A DNA stretch of 64,000 bases from a virus, in IMG/VR virus record IMGVR_UViG_3300032086_003797, positions 32,001 through 96,000 of that record, one strand, 5' to 3'. The notes under the pieces are model-generated. The model saw nothing but the letters and a program-made list of their open reading frames with translations, was not told the origin of the DNA and made no database searches. How positions within the stretch are numbered: position 1 is the stretch's first letter; every line of letters begins with the position of its first letter. Made by a program: the position numbers and the translations under genes. Below, piece after piece: positions 1 to 10,369 of this stretch.

Positions 1-1
1 A

Positions 2-748
2 TACTTCTTTTTTGAAAAATATGTAAAGAGAAACGTAACCAATGTGCCTCTTCGTGGATTCTTGGATGACTTTATGAAGTTCGTTGCCGCTGAGATGTCA
101 AATGCGGGACTCACTGGAGAGGGTACTTCTCAATTTGAGCCATTCATTGTCCCATTCACAGCGCCTAATATTAATGGCAAACCGCTGAAGCCAGGAAAAG
201 AATATACAAAAACATCAGTAGAATTCAATACCAGCACATCAAGCCCAAGAGGCTTTTCGGTTAAGAGAGAAGCTGAGAGTAGTATCAACATGGAAGATTT
301 GAACAACTACATAATTTTATCAATGGTTCAAAATCCGTCACTCCCAGGAGAAGCGAAGGTAGATAACGGCAGGGGTATTTATCACCTGGTGCTTGCGGCA
401 GGCAGAGGACCCGTTAAATCGATCAAGTTCAGCGAGATGGATGTGTCGGAGCATATCAGGACAATGAATATCCGTGATGGTTCAGCAGACTTTCCAACAG
501 TGCCACAAAATGCCACGGTCGATCTAGTCGGTGCTCCACATTTTTGGCAGGGTCAGATGGTATATATCGATGCCGACTACGCTATGGAAAACGCATCCAT
601 AAATATTGGCATTGGTGGGTATTATTTTATTACAAAAGTAACTCATGATCTCAATGAGGGTGATTTCAAAACAACGCTCGATTGCCGATGGCAGGCATAT
701 AAAGAGGTTGCTCCAAAAAGCGCCAGCAAGAGGAGTAGTAATAAATGA
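2..748 (+). CDS. Baseplate hub/tail protein, C-terminal part (5'-truncated by the window)
   Basis: Frame is open from position 2. C-terminal GGYYFITKVTHDL..FKTTLDC resembles the end of gp27/GpD-like hub proteins. Confidence 0.5.
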   Translation, partial: YFFFEKYVKRNVTNVPLRGFLDDFMKFVAAEMSNAGLTGEGTSQFEPFIVPFTAPNINGKPLKPGKEYTKTSVEFNTSTSSPRGFSVKREAESSINMEDLNNYIILSMVQNPSLPGEAKVDNGRGIYHLVLAAGRGPVKSIKFSEMDVSEHIRTMNIRDGSADFPTVPQNATVDLVGAPHFWQGQMVYIDADYAMENASINIGIGGYYFITKVTHDLNEGDFKTTLDCRWQAYKEVAPKSASKRSSNK

Positions 749-2028
749 CCAGACCAGTATCTTTTGGAAACAATTCGCTTGGCTCATCAGATAGCTTCAG
801 GGAGAAAAAGGTTTACTATGAACAGGTTTTCCCTGAGGACCTCATTCCAAATCACATATCTCTATGGGATGACAACAGGTTATATGGTAGAGTAAATATG
901 GATAATGAGATTATAACACTTAGAGAAAGTACTCTTTCACCACTAAAGGCAACTAAAAACAACGCTGCTATGTTCGCACCAAACTTTATAGCCGATGCTT
1001 TCGGTGATTTAGTTGATAAACTGGATGCTTGCATGAAAGAAGGCAAAATAGTACCTAGAGGTCCATTTGCTAACTTGGAAGTGGTCCGTGGGTGGAGCAG
1101 TGTCAACCAAGAGTACGATAGATTCATGAAAGATCAAATTTTTAGCGTATTTGTAGAGCAATTCCTTATTTTTAGCAAACAAAACGAAAGAATAAAAGGC
1201 TTTTCTGGATTTTTAGAGGTTTTTGGCGGATTTTCAAAGCATTTAGGTAAACTATTGCCGCTTACGAGAACTGGATTTGTTGAGAGCACTTATTGTACTC
1301 CATATACTACAGGATTGGTGATTGATATAGGTAGGGGAGACTATTCGGATGATTTTGAGAAATCTGCAACCTACATCAATGATCCAAACTTTTTATTTTT
1401 CGCTGATACGGCAAAACAATTTGGATTTTTTGTTGATAGGAACGCCCCTTGGCGTTTGATTGCTAATTTGGGCTCCGCTGCTATGCAACGCTATGCAGCA
1501 AAAAGCGGTATTGTGCTGACAGACAATATACTAGAAAACATTGCAATAATTCAGGATTCGATGTATAAGATAACTAGCCCTGTTGATATGAACATCCTAG
1601 CAGCCTATCTAAAGGATATGTATAATGCGTATGTCGAGAGAAATCCATACTTGTTTGAGCAGATTATGAAAGAAGACCACAAGTGTGGTTCAGTTAGTAG
1701 AGTATACGAAAGAGATCAGATTGGCGATGCAGTGATGGATGAGTCGTTTGTGACTGGTGAATACAAATACCGCTGGGCAGTGAGAAGTCACTATTATATG
1801 AGAATGTTTGAACGGGGCATTAAAATAGATCTTCATAAGGATAAGAAAAGGCTTCGCCACTTATACAACATCATGGATGCAATGACGCCCAGTCAGGCAC
1901 CAAGCATTGAGGGATATAGGGAAGCTGTTAGAACTATAGAAAATGAGATAATTGGACCCTTTGCTCCATTGCCCAGGGGTATGCAGGATGAAGATGATGA
2001 CCTATTTTCACCGATTCCGAACTATTAA
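745..2028 (+). CDS. Hypothetical protein, probably virion-associated
   Basis: 427-aa ORF overlapping the upstream stop (ATGA); no recognised motif. Confidence 0.6.
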   Translation: MTRPVSFGNNSLGSSDSFREKKVYYEQVFPEDLIPNHISLWDDNRLYGRVNMDNEIITLRESTLSPLKATKNNAAMFAPNFIADAFGDLVDKLDACMKEGKIVPRGPFANLEVVRGWSSVNQEYDRFMKDQIFSVFVEQFLIFSKQNERIKGFSGFLEVFGGFSKHLGKLLPLTRTGFVESTYCTPYTTGLVIDIGRGDYSDDFEKSATYINDPNFLFFADTAKQFGFFVDRNAPWRLIANLGSAAMQRYAAKSGIVLTDNILENIAIIQDSMYKITSPVDMNILAAYLKDMYNAYVERNPYLFEQIMKEDHKCGSVSRVYERDQIGDAVMDESFVTGEYKYRWAVRSHYYMRMFERGIKIDLHKDKKRLRHLYNIMDAMTPSQAPSIEGYREAVRTIENEIIGPFAPLPRGMQDEDDDLFSPIPNY

Positions 2029-2066
2029 TATTGAACAAAACATATTTTATGTGGTAGAAAGGGATT

Positions 2067-3284
2067 ATGTTATTCCAAACCATAGACGATAAAAAAGAAT
2101 GTTCTGGCATCTTTCACGGTGGCAGTATGACCTACAACCCAGAAGAGTTCCCTGATGACCTGACCAGAACATGGAAGTATACAGCATCCATGGAAGGTTA
2201 CAGAGGGGTTGACTATGCGGAGATATATGCTCTAGGTAAGACACTCGATGAGATATGCCCAGAGCACTTACAGGATGAGTGGAAGATTGTTAAAGAAAGA
2301 ATGCAGGCTTTCTTTAAGGCAAATGCCACTGCCAAGATCAGCACATCGCAACATTGTTTGTTTGAATTGATCCCAGAGAAGTTTCTAAAAGACCTGTGTA
2401 ATATGAAAAACCTGATCAGTGACTGGGTTATCGAGAACACAAAACGACCACCAAATTATAAACACTTGCTATCTACTTTGGAAATGCTTCGTGATGTTGA
2501 AGCTTACGATATTAATATTGATCCCCTAAAGGTTCGTGCCATTAAAAATGAGCCAACTGCTAGATTGGTACTTGATAGACTCAGCAGAGGTTACACAAAA
2601 ATTAAATACAACCTGTTTTCCACCAGAACAGGTAGGCTAACTTGCACACAAAGATCCTTCCCAATATTCACCTTAAAGAAGCAGCATCGTGAAATCATCG
2701 TGCCTTCAAATGATATGTTTGTTGAATTGGATTTTAACGGTGCTGAGTTGAGGACTCTGCTAGCTCTTAGCGGACAGGAGCAACCAACTGGTGATGTGCA
2801 TGATTGGAATGTAAAAAACGTTTTTGATAGCCAGGTTTCACGAGAAGAATCAAAAGTATTATTCTTTTCGTGGCTGTATGGGTCTGGCTCGGAAGAATTG
2901 AAAAAGTGGAGAAGTTCACTGTCGAAGGTTTATAACACTAGGACGCTAAAATCCAAACATCTGGATGTTGATATGATTATGACCCCATATCATAGAGAGA
3001 TCGCAGCCAGCGAGCGTTTGTTTATCAACTATCTAATCCAATCGACGACGGCTGATTTGTGCTATGAGCAGTTTAGGAAAGTTTGGGATATCATCAGGGG
3101 CACCAACAGCGAGGTGGCTTTTGTTCTGCATGATGCGATTGTTGTTGATTTATCCCTGAGTGACAGACCGTTGCTAGAAAAAATGATGAATGTCATGGCG
3201 CAAACTAGGTATGGTCAGTACGGCGTCAATGTTAGCATTGGTAAGAACTATGGCGATATGAGGAAGACGAAACTTGGCTTATAG
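2067..3284 (+). CDS. Short family-A DNA polymerase-like protein
   Basis: TRTGRLT, motif A DFNGAELR, motif B REESKVLFFSWLYG, NYLIQST, motif C VLHDAIV. Confidence 0.85.
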   Translation: MLFQTIDDKKECSGIFHGGSMTYNPEEFPDDLTRTWKYTASMEGYRGVDYAEIYALGKTLDEICPEHLQDEWKIVKERMQAFFKANATAKISTSQHCLFELIPEKFLKDLCNMKNLISDWVIENTKRPPNYKHLLSTLEMLRDVEAYDINIDPLKVRAIKNEPTARLVLDRLSRGYTKIKYNLFSTRTGRLTCTQRSFPIFTLKKQHREIIVPSNDMFVELDFNGAELRTLLALSGQEQPTGDVHDWNVKNVFDSQVSREESKVLFFSWLYGSGSEELKKWRSSLSKVYNTRTLKSKHLDVDMIMTPYHREIAASERLFINYLIQSTTADLCYEQFRKVWDIIRGTNSEVAFVLHDAIVVDLSLSDRPLLEKMMNVMAQTRYGQYGVNVSIGKNYGDMRKTKLGL

Positions 3285-4104
3285 AATATTGGGTATCGGT
3301 ACCGCAGCGTGCAAAACAGCAGAAGCCTTCAAGAGGGAAAAGAATTATCTAGTTGACGTGATTGACGATGAGACCCTTGGTGCTCATGCAGATATGGAGA
3401 CGTATGAAAAGAAGTTCGACTCTAAAAGTCTAGCCAAGGTATTCAAGAAGTATAGGAAGAACGACGAGGTACTAATAATAGTCAGCGGCTCGTCGGCATC
3501 TAACGGCAGCTTGTTGCGAATCGCTGAAATGATAAAACGTTGTTCATGTTCAATTCTTTACTTATACCCAAGCATAACTTGGTGCAGCCCAACAGAAAAA
3601 ATTAATAATAAGATAACTTTTGGTGTTCTGCAAGAAATGACTAGATCTGGTCAATTTGAGCGTTTCTACATTATTTCAATGGAAGAAATGGAAAAGCATA
3701 TAGATAAAGTAACTCTCAAGGAGGTGGAGTCGGAACTAAACAACAAGATATACTCCTTGGTCAGTATGCTGATATACATGGATCATGTAACCCCAGACCG
3801 AACAAATTATGAAGCTACTCGACAGTCCACTAGAATTGTTAGTCTAGGGTACTTCTCAGACTCTGGAGAAGACCACCTTCTTTATCCCATTGACGAAGAA
3901 GATGTAAAAGAGAGAATTTATTATTTTGGGATTCCAGAGGATGAATTTACAACCACAGCCCTAATGGAGATAAAGAACCATCAAACGCTCAAGCTCGCTC
4001 AAAATTCAAGTACATATTTTAAGGCTTACTCAATGAAGGGAGAGATCAGCGTTAGATATTCTTTGTACTTAACGGACATTCCACAATCCACACCCTATTT
4101 ATAA
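3274..4104 (+). CDS. Divergent tubulin/FtsZ (PhuZ)-like protein
   Basis: N-terminal ILGIGTAACKTAEAF resembles the FtsZ/tubulin T1 loop; SGSSASNG lies at the expected GGGTGSG position; size fits. Confidence 0.45.
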   Translation: MAYRILGIGTAACKTAEAFKREKNYLVDVIDDETLGAHADMETYEKKFDSKSLAKVFKKYRKNDEVLIIVSGSSASNGSLLRIAEMIKRCSCSILYLYPSITWCSPTEKINNKITFGVLQEMTRSGQFERFYIISMEEMEKHIDKVTLKEVESELNNKIYSLVSMLIYMDHVTPDRTNYEATRQSTRIVSLGYFSDSGEDHLLYPIDEEDVKERIYYFGIPEDEFTTTALMEIKNHQTLKLAQNSSTYFKAYSMKGEISVRYSLYLTDIPQSTPYL

Positions 4105-4144
4105 AAGAACGAGAAGTTTCAATATATAAGGGGGTGAAGTAATA

Positions 4145-4558
4145 ATGGAAAGAGGAGTTTTACTGGCTACATTTGTTCGTGGCGAAGAAGAAGAAATAGA
4201 GAAAGCAATAAATAAAATACTAGACACAGTAACTCTAACTAATAAATTCATTTTTGTACTATCACAGAAGTCCGACCCAAAGAAAAAAATTATAACATAT
4301 AACTCATCCCTACAAGGGCAGGCAATTATAAAGAACGAGTATTACACCATTAGGGTGCACCGCAAAAAGAAAACCAATACTCTTTATACAATCAACGGAC
4401 TCAATCTAGCAATTGAAGCAGAGCATGACGGTCAGCGTGGCAAACACCTAAAACTTGACTGGGAAAAATACAGAAGTCATGTTATAGTATCGCACGGGAA
4501 CACCCTAAAGGCGATACCAGTAATACTTGAGAAGATCCTCGAAATCAAATTCGACTAA
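4145..4558 (+). CDS. Hypothetical phage protein
   Basis: 137-aa ORF with GGGGTG RBS; segment HRKKKTNTLYTINGLN. Confidence 0.7.
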   Translation: MERGVLLATFVRGEEEEIEKAINKILDTVTLTNKFIFVLSQKSDPKKKIITYNSSLQGQAIIKNEYYTIRVHRKKKTNTLYTINGLNLAIEAEHDGQRGKHLKLDWEKYRSHVIVSHGNTLKAIPVILEKILEIKFD

Positions 4559-4601
4559 AATATTTCTTTACAAAGAGAATAACCTGAAGTATACTTACTG
4601 T

Positions 4602-4811
4602 ATGGAAAATGGTAAACTGACAAATCGAGCCATGGCATTTCTTAGTGGGTATTATTTTATACTTATTTTCTTGACAGCCTGCATTTTTTATGACATAGTA
4701 GTAACTGAAGTCACAGGATTCACTTTTGGATATATCTTTGCCATATTCTATTTTATATACAGGCTCAAGGCTGTGCGTCAGCTTCTTGAAGACAACGATC
4801 ACTACAACTAA
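4602..4811 (+). CDS. Small two-TM membrane protein
   Basis: ATG at 4602; two hydrophobic stretches. Confidence 0.55.
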   Translation: MENGKLTNRAMAFLSGYYFILIFLTACIFYDIVVTEVTGFTFGYIFAIFYFIYRLKAVRQLLEDNDHYN

Positions 4812-4914
4812 CTGCATTGCCAGTAAAAACAAAAAAGATTTTAAAAGCATTACACACCGTAAAAAGTGTGCTAATATGGTCTCAAGGTCAACTAACCAGT
4901 AAAGGAGAAATACA

Positions 4915-5664
4915 ATGGGTATTGACTTAAGTAAGATGCGGCAGAAGCACTCTGCCTTGACTAATAAGGGTGGCGGCTCAAACGACACCTTTTGGAAACC
5001 AGAAGAGGGGACACAGACTATTCGTATCGTTTGTCCGAAGGATGGCGATCCATTCCGTGACTACCTCTTCCATTACCGCATGGGCGCTGATAACAACACC
5101 AGCATGATTAGCCCACGCACCTTTGGTCGGGTCGATCCGATCGCTGAGTTCGGCAATCAGTTGTGGAACGAAGGCACGGAAGCTTCCAAGCAAGAGGCTC
5201 GGAACTTCTTCCCTCGTATGCGAGTATTTGCACCCGTCGTCGTTCGTGGCGAAGAGGACAAAGGCGTTCGCATCTGGGGCTTCTCGAAGACCACTTATGA
5301 GTCTTTGCTAAACATCGTTCTCGATCCTGAGTACGGTGATATCACTGACCCACACACGGGCACTGATATTCGTTTGGAGTACGGTAAAAAGGCTGGACAG
5401 ATGTATCCAACCACCGAGCTTCGCCCAATGCGTAAGGCATCTAAGCTTTCTAAGACCGATAAGGAAATCGATACGATCTTAGAAACTATGCCCGTCTTCA
5501 GCGAAGTATTCCCTGAGACCACGACCGAGGATGCACAAAAGCTACTCGATCAGACTCTTGAGGGCGGCTCCACCGATGTTTCAGAAGGTACAGCCAAGTA
5601 TGGCGGTAAAGCTGAAGCAGAAACCAATGACATCGACAAAGCGTTTGATGATCTACTGGCGTAG
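4915..5664 (+). CDS. Single-stranded DNA-binding protein, T4 gp32-like
   Basis: FWKPEEG..IRI, RIWGFSKT, YGDITDPHTGTDI and an acidic tail DKAFDDLLA; AAGGAG RBS. Confidence 0.85.
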   Translation: MGIDLSKMRQKHSALTNKGGGSNDTFWKPEEGTQTIRIVCPKDGDPFRDYLFHYRMGADNNTSMISPRTFGRVDPIAEFGNQLWNEGTEASKQEARNFFPRMRVFAPVVVRGEEDKGVRIWGFSKTTYESLLNIVLDPEYGDITDPHTGTDIRLEYGKKAGQMYPTTELRPMRKASKLSKTDKEIDTILETMPVFSEVFPETTTEDAQKLLDQTLEGGSTDVSEGTAKYGGKAEAETNDIDKAFDDLLA

Positions 5665-5675
5665 TTGACCTTCGC

Positions 5676-5721
5676 TAATCCGCAGGGAGGCACGGGATTA
5701 CAGGTGCCTCACCCTTCGGGG
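5676..5721 (+). other. Predicted H-type RNA pseudoknot followed by a cUUCGg hairpin
   Basis: TAATCC(5676-81) pairs with GGATTA(5695-700), crossing GAGGCAC(5687-93)/GTGCCTC(5704-10); CCC-TTCG-GGG at 5712-21. Confidence 0.55.
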
Positions 5722-5749
5722 ATAATATTTTATAAAGGAGAGTAGCATA

Positions 5750-6169
5750 ATGACTACCAACAAAACACTTAGCGTCCATTATGTGGGCACATTCGATGAC
5801 GGCACTGTATTTGATGATTCCAAGAGCCGTGGCGATGCCTTGCAAGTTCAAGTAGGCGCTGGACAACTAATCCCTGGCTTCGAGCAGGCTGTATCGGAGA
5901 TGGAGGTTGGACAAACTAAAAAGATCCGCCTACGTCCAGAAGACGCCTATGGACCAACTAACCCCACGCTCATTCAGGAGGTTGGCAAAGAGGCATTTGA
6001 TGAAGGCTTCAACTTTCAGGTTGGTGAGTATGTTTCTGGTCAAGGAGAGAATGGAGAGCCTGTAACTGCACAGATTGTCAACGTTGAAGATACTAAGATA
6101 ACTCTTGACTTCAACCACCCAATGGCGGGCAAGAATCTTAACTTTGAAATTACAGCAGTAGAATCTTAG
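5750..6169 (+). CDS. FKBP-type peptidyl-prolyl isomerase (SlyD/FkpB-like)
   Basis: VHYVGTFDDGTVFD, GQLIPGFE, PEDAYG, DFNHPMAGKNLNF. Confidence 0.93.
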   Translation: MTTNKTLSVHYVGTFDDGTVFDDSKSRGDALQVQVGAGQLIPGFEQAVSEMEVGQTKKIRLRPEDAYGPTNPTLIQEVGKEAFDEGFNFQVGEYVSGQGENGEPVTAQIVNVEDTKITLDFNHPMAGKNLNFEITAVES

Positions 6170-6193
6170 TGTATAATATCAGTACTAGGAGGA

Positions 6194-7294
6194 ATGATGG
6201 CAAAAACTAATGCACTTGTAAGTGACTTGAGGAACTCCCTCAACAAGCAAGCAAAACACACAATCGCTTATGACTTGCACGGTGAAAACCCTACAGAAGT
6301 CAAGACTTGGATCTCAACTGGCTCTACTGTGTTGGACCTAGTGATTTCAAACCGACAAGATGGCGGTATCCCTGTAGGGAAAATCACCACTATTGCAGGT
6401 GAGTCACAAAGTGGCAAGAGTTTGATCGCTACGCATATCTTGGCTAACACACAGAAGAAAGGCGGGATTGCTATCTATATTGATACTGAGAACGCCAGCG
6501 ACCCTGGGTGGATGGTTAATCTAGGACTCAGCACTGATGAAGATTTCTTGTACTTGCAAACGCAAACCCTGGAGGATACCTTCCAAGCAATCGAGAATGT
6601 TATTGCCAATGTAAGGCAGAAAGCACCAGATCGTTTGGTGTGTATCGTTTGGGATAGCGTTGCGGCAACCCCAGCACGGGCAGAGGTCGAAGGTAGTTAT
6701 GATCCTAACTCACAGATCGGCGTGTCGGCACGAGTTATCGCTCGTGGTCTACGCAAGATCACAGAGATGATTGGGCAACAAAAGATCGCTCTTGTACTAA
6801 CTAACCAACTCAAAACAAACATTGGTCAGATGTTTGGAGACACAAGAGTTGAGCCAGGCGGCAAGGGACTACCTTATCAGGCTTCTGCCCGTGTATGGTT
6901 GACACGGCACACAGGTAAAGCCAATGGGGTTATTACTAACGACCAGGGTCAGCTTATTGGCTACAGGACCTCAGCCCAGATTGTGAAGAATCGCTTCGGA
7001 CCACCTAACAGGACTTGTGAGTTCGATGTGTTATTCGACCTGGCAAATAACAAGGTTGGCGTCGATGATGAAGGTTCGTGGCTTAAGGTTATTGCAGGGT
7101 CAGATAACTGCCCCAGAGCAGGCGCATGGTATACTCTAAAATATGATGACGGGGAAGAAAAGAAGTTTCAAAAAGCAGACTATCCTCGTCTGATTCAAAA
7201 TGAGAAATTTCGCAGTAGAGTCCTTGACATTCTACACAATGAGCTTATTATAGGATATGATCAAAGTGTAGATGGCGATGTGTCGGCAGAATAA
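6194..7294 (+). CDS. recA: RecA/UvsX recombinase
   Basis: ISTGSTVLD, Walker A GESQSGKS, YIDTE, WDSVAA, TNQ, PGGKGL, KNRFGPP. Confidence 0.93.
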   Translation: MMAKTNALVSDLRNSLNKQAKHTIAYDLHGENPTEVKTWISTGSTVLDLVISNRQDGGIPVGKITTIAGESQSGKSLIATHILANTQKKGGIAIYIDTENASDPGWMVNLGLSTDEDFLYLQTQTLEDTFQAIENVIANVRQKAPDRLVCIVWDSVAATPARAEVEGSYDPNSQIGVSARVIARGLRKITEMIGQQKIALVLTNQLKTNIGQMFGDTRVEPGGKGLPYQASARVWLTRHTGKANGVITNDQGQLIGYRTSAQIVKNRFGPPNRTCEFDVLFDLANNKVGVDDEGSWLKVIAGSDNCPRAGAWYTLKYDDGEEKKFQKADYPRLIQNEKFRSRVLDILHNELIIGYDQSVDGDVSAE

Positions 7295-7688
7295 GTTCCT
7301 TAGCGCAGCTATCAGAAAGATAGACTCTTCCAACTCTGACTATAGCGTCCAGCATAGACACGCTGCCGTTATTGTCAAAGGGGGAAGAGTTTTATCTTCT
7401 GGGGTGAATAGGATCAAAACACACCCTAAAGCTGTTGTCGAGGATGAAGACGGTGAAATGATTTGTAAATCAATTCATGCAGAGATGGATGCTATCTCAA
7501 GAGTTAAGAATAAAGAGCAACTTAAAGGGGCTACTATCTATGTTGCCAGAAAAGGCAGAAGTGATCAAGTTGGAATGTCTTTGCCATGTACAATGTGTCA
7601 GCGAGCACTAAGAGAGCATGGCTTAAATAAAGCTATATTTACAACAGAGCATGATCATGGGGTGATATATTTTGGAGGGGAAGAATGA
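7272..7688 (+). CDS. Cytidine/dCMP deaminase-fold protein
   Basis: HAEMDA and PCTMC zinc-binding motifs. Confidence 0.8.
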   Translation: MAMCRQNKFLSAAIRKIDSSNSDYSVQHRHAAVIVKGGRVLSSGVNRIKTHPKAVVEDEDGEMICKSIHAEMDAISRVKNKEQLKGATIYVARKGRSDQVGMSLPCTMCQRALREHGLNKAIFTTEHDHGVIYFGGEE

Positions 7689-7826
7689 AAGGTTTTATTA
7701 TGATGGAAATGCCAAAGAGAATTAAGATAGCTGTTCCAATTGAGGATGACGGCGGAATCTGTGCATTCACTTTGAAGAACATGAGAGATCGAGCCTGGGG
7801 CATAGTGGCAGATATGGAATACGAAG

Positions 7827-8807
7827 ATGACCGACGTGACGCATAAAAGACTTTTACTGATTGACGGTATGAATAACTTCCTCAGGTCCTATGTGGTAAA
7901 CCCTAGCCTAGACGCTAATGGTTCCCATATTGGCGGCATGGTAGGGTTTATTAATTCACTAAAAAAAGCTATGACAGAGACCAAGCCCGATGCTGTAATC
8001 ATAGCATGGGAAGGCACTAATGGCTCTCGCAAGCGGAAAGAGATAAACAAAAATTATAAGGCAGGACGCAAACCGCCACGTCTCAACCGAGAGTATGAGT
8101 TTACTGCTGAGGAAGAAGCAGAGAATAAATTACAGCAACTCATTATGCTGATTGACCATCTAGAGAAGCTACCTGTGTTGCAGTTGTCGTTAGATGAAGT
8201 GGAGGCAGATGATGTTATTGCTTGGGCTACAAAGTCCAATCATTATGCAGATTATCAAAAAATTATCTATTCTAATGACAAAGACTTCCTTCAGTTGTGT
8301 GACGACAAGACTATCCTGTATCGTCCTACAGCTAAACAGGTTCACAACAAAAATTCTATTATAGAAGAATTTAAAATCCATCCTCGAAACTTCGCTATTG
8401 CTAAAGCAATCGCTGGTGATAAATCAGATAATATTATTGGCGCACCACGAGTTGGTTTGACCACGGTGGCTAAAAGGTTCCCGTTTCTATGTGAGGATAA
8501 AGATTATATTTTACAGCAAGTCTTCGACTTTTGCGAGGAGAAGGTAAAACAAACTAAGAAACCACCACAGGTTTATAATTCTGTGCTAGAGTGCTCAGGG
8601 ACACTAAAAGATAATTATGATATCGTTCAGTTGTACGAGCCCATGATCTCCTTGCAGGGTCAGCAAAGACTGTCTGAAGCAGTGAACGGCTTTACGCCAC
8701 AACTACAGAAGAATGATTTTAGGATGTCTTTAATGAAGCACGGTATCAGCGGCATCAGCGTAGATAATTTATTCCAATCTTGTATGCAAATTGTAGTAAA
8801 CAAATAA
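7827..8807 (+). CDS. 5'-3' exonuclease / T4 RNase H-like (FEN family)
   Basis: LIDGMN, YKAGR, EADDVIA, SNDKDFLQL, GDKSDNIIGAPRVG. Confidence 0.92.
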   Translation: MTDVTHKRLLLIDGMNNFLRSYVVNPSLDANGSHIGGMVGFINSLKKAMTETKPDAVIIAWEGTNGSRKRKEINKNYKAGRKPPRLNREYEFTAEEEAENKLQQLIMLIDHLEKLPVLQLSLDEVEADDVIAWATKSNHYADYQKIIYSNDKDFLQLCDDKTILYRPTAKQVHNKNSIIEEFKIHPRNFAIAKAIAGDKSDNIIGAPRVGLTTVAKRFPFLCEDKDYILQQVFDFCEEKVKQTKKPPQVYNSVLECSGTLKDNYDIVQLYEPMISLQGQQRLSEAVNGFTPQLQKNDFRMSLMKHGISGISVDNLFQSCMQIVVNK

Positions 8808-8845
8808 TAGTGTTTAGGGTATTGTAGCATACCCAGGAGAATAGC

Positions 8846-10369
8846 ATGACCGATCAAAGGTTGACAGAAGAAGATAGCTTTTCTAAGTTTGGCAAAAGCT
8901 TTCAAGAGAAATTGGGTAAGTTGATCTTACTTGATCGCTCATTCGCTAATCAGATGACTGAAGTGCTGGATATCAAGTTTCTAGAACTTCGATATTTGCA
9001 GGCATTTGTAGAACTCATTTTTCAGTACAAAGAGAAGTACAGTGTCCACCCAACATTTGAAACAATGGTTTCGGTTATTAGAACTGAGATGGATGACTAT
9101 CCCGATGTAGTACGCAAGCAGGTGATCGAATACCTTTCTAAGCTGAAAACTAATCAAATAAGTGATGAAGATTCTGATTTTGTCAAGGAGAAGTCGTTAG
9201 ACTTCTGCAAGAAGCAAAAACTCAAAGAAGCCATCCTTAAATCCGTGGGCTTGTTGCAGACGTCATCCTTTGACGAGATCCATAAGGTTATTGATACAGC
9301 CCTCAAGCTTGGTCTGGATGATAGTCATGGTCATGATTTTGTCCAAGACTTTGAACAAAGATATATTATGAAGGCTAGAGATCCTGTGATTACAGCATGG
9401 CAAGAGGTTGACAAGATTACACGAGGTGGTCTTGGCAAGCGAGAGCTTGGTGTAGTTATTGCTCCAACTGGAGCGGGCAAATCAATGGCTCTGGTACACC
9501 TTGGCGCTATGGCAGTTGCTATGGGTAAGACTGTCATGCACTATACTTTGGAGCTAGCAGAAGGAGTGGTGGGAATGCGTTACGATTCTTGTCTCACTAC
9601 GATCCCTCTGTCGAACCTACACGACCATAAAGATAAGATCAAAGAAAAAATTACTACCCTAGATGGGCAGCTAATTATTAAAGAATATCCTACAAAGTCT
9701 GCAACTACAAAGACTTTGGAGTCGTCGCTAGAGAGGCTTCGACAAAGAGGCATTGAGCCCGACATGGTTATTGTCGATTATGCTGATCTGTTGCGCCCTG
9801 TAGCTACTAATTACAGGAGCGAGCATCGCCACAATCTTGAGTCAATTTATGAAGAGTTGCGAGGCATTGGACAGAAATTTGACCTACCAGTTTGGACAGC
9901 CAGCCAAACTAATAGAAGTGGGTTGAATGCGGAGGTTATTACTATGGAATCAATCAGCGAGGCTTTCAACAAATGCTTTGTAGCTGATTTCATTTGCACA
10001 ATCTCCAGAACAGCAGAAGATAAAGTTGAAGGCGGTGGTCGCATGTTTATCGCTAAGAATAGAAACGGACCCGATGGCATCGTCTTTCCAATGGAGATCG
10101 ACACTAGTAGAGTCAAGTTGAGGGTTTTGCAACCAGAGGCTGGCTCGGACCTAAACTCGGTAGTCTCTAGAACCCAGCAGGAACAGAAAGAACACTTGCA
10201 GCAAAAGTATCAAAAGTACAAGAATAAGAAACAGAAGATGCAGGACACAAACAACAACCAGAAGGCAGCAAGTTCGCAGCTTAGTGGATTAAACAAAGAA
10301 GAATTTAGAAAGCTCGCCCAAAAGCAAGCTAACCAACAAGAACAAAAGGAGACTAACGTCAATGTCTGA
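8846..10369 (+). CDS. DnaB/gp41-like replicative helicase
   Basis: APTGAGKS, YTLE, IVDYADLL, WTASQTNR, KNRNGPDG. Confidence 0.92.
   Translation: MTDQRLTEEDSFSKFGKSFQEKLGKLILLDRSFANQMTEVLDIKFLELRYLQAFVELIFQYKEKYSVHPTFETMVSVIRTEMDDYPDVVRKQVIEYLSKLKTNQISDEDSDFVKEKSLDFCKKQKLKEAILKSVGLLQTSSFDEIHKVIDTALKLGLDDSHGHDFVQDFEQRYIMKARDPVITAWQEVDKITRGGLGKRELGVVIAPTGAGKSMALVHLGAMAVAMGKTVMHYTLELAEGVVGMRYDSCLTTIPLSNLHDHKDKIKEKITTLDGQLIIKEYPTKSATTKTLESSLERLRQRGIEPDMVIVDYADLLRPVATNYRSEHRHNLESIYEELRGIGQKFDLPVWTASQTNRSGLNAEVITMESISEAFNKCFVADFICTISRTAEDKVEGGGRMFIAKNRNGPDGIVFPMEIDTSRVKLRVLQPEAGSDLNSVVSRTQQEQKEHLQQKYQKYKNKKQKMQDTNNNQKAASSQLSGLNKEEFRKLAQKQANQQEQKETNVNV

Noticed and set aside
5662-5750. Pseudoknot-stimulated UAG readthrough fusing SSB to FKBP
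   Set aside because: The readthrough frame stops again at a TAG before 5750 and is out of frame with FKBP.
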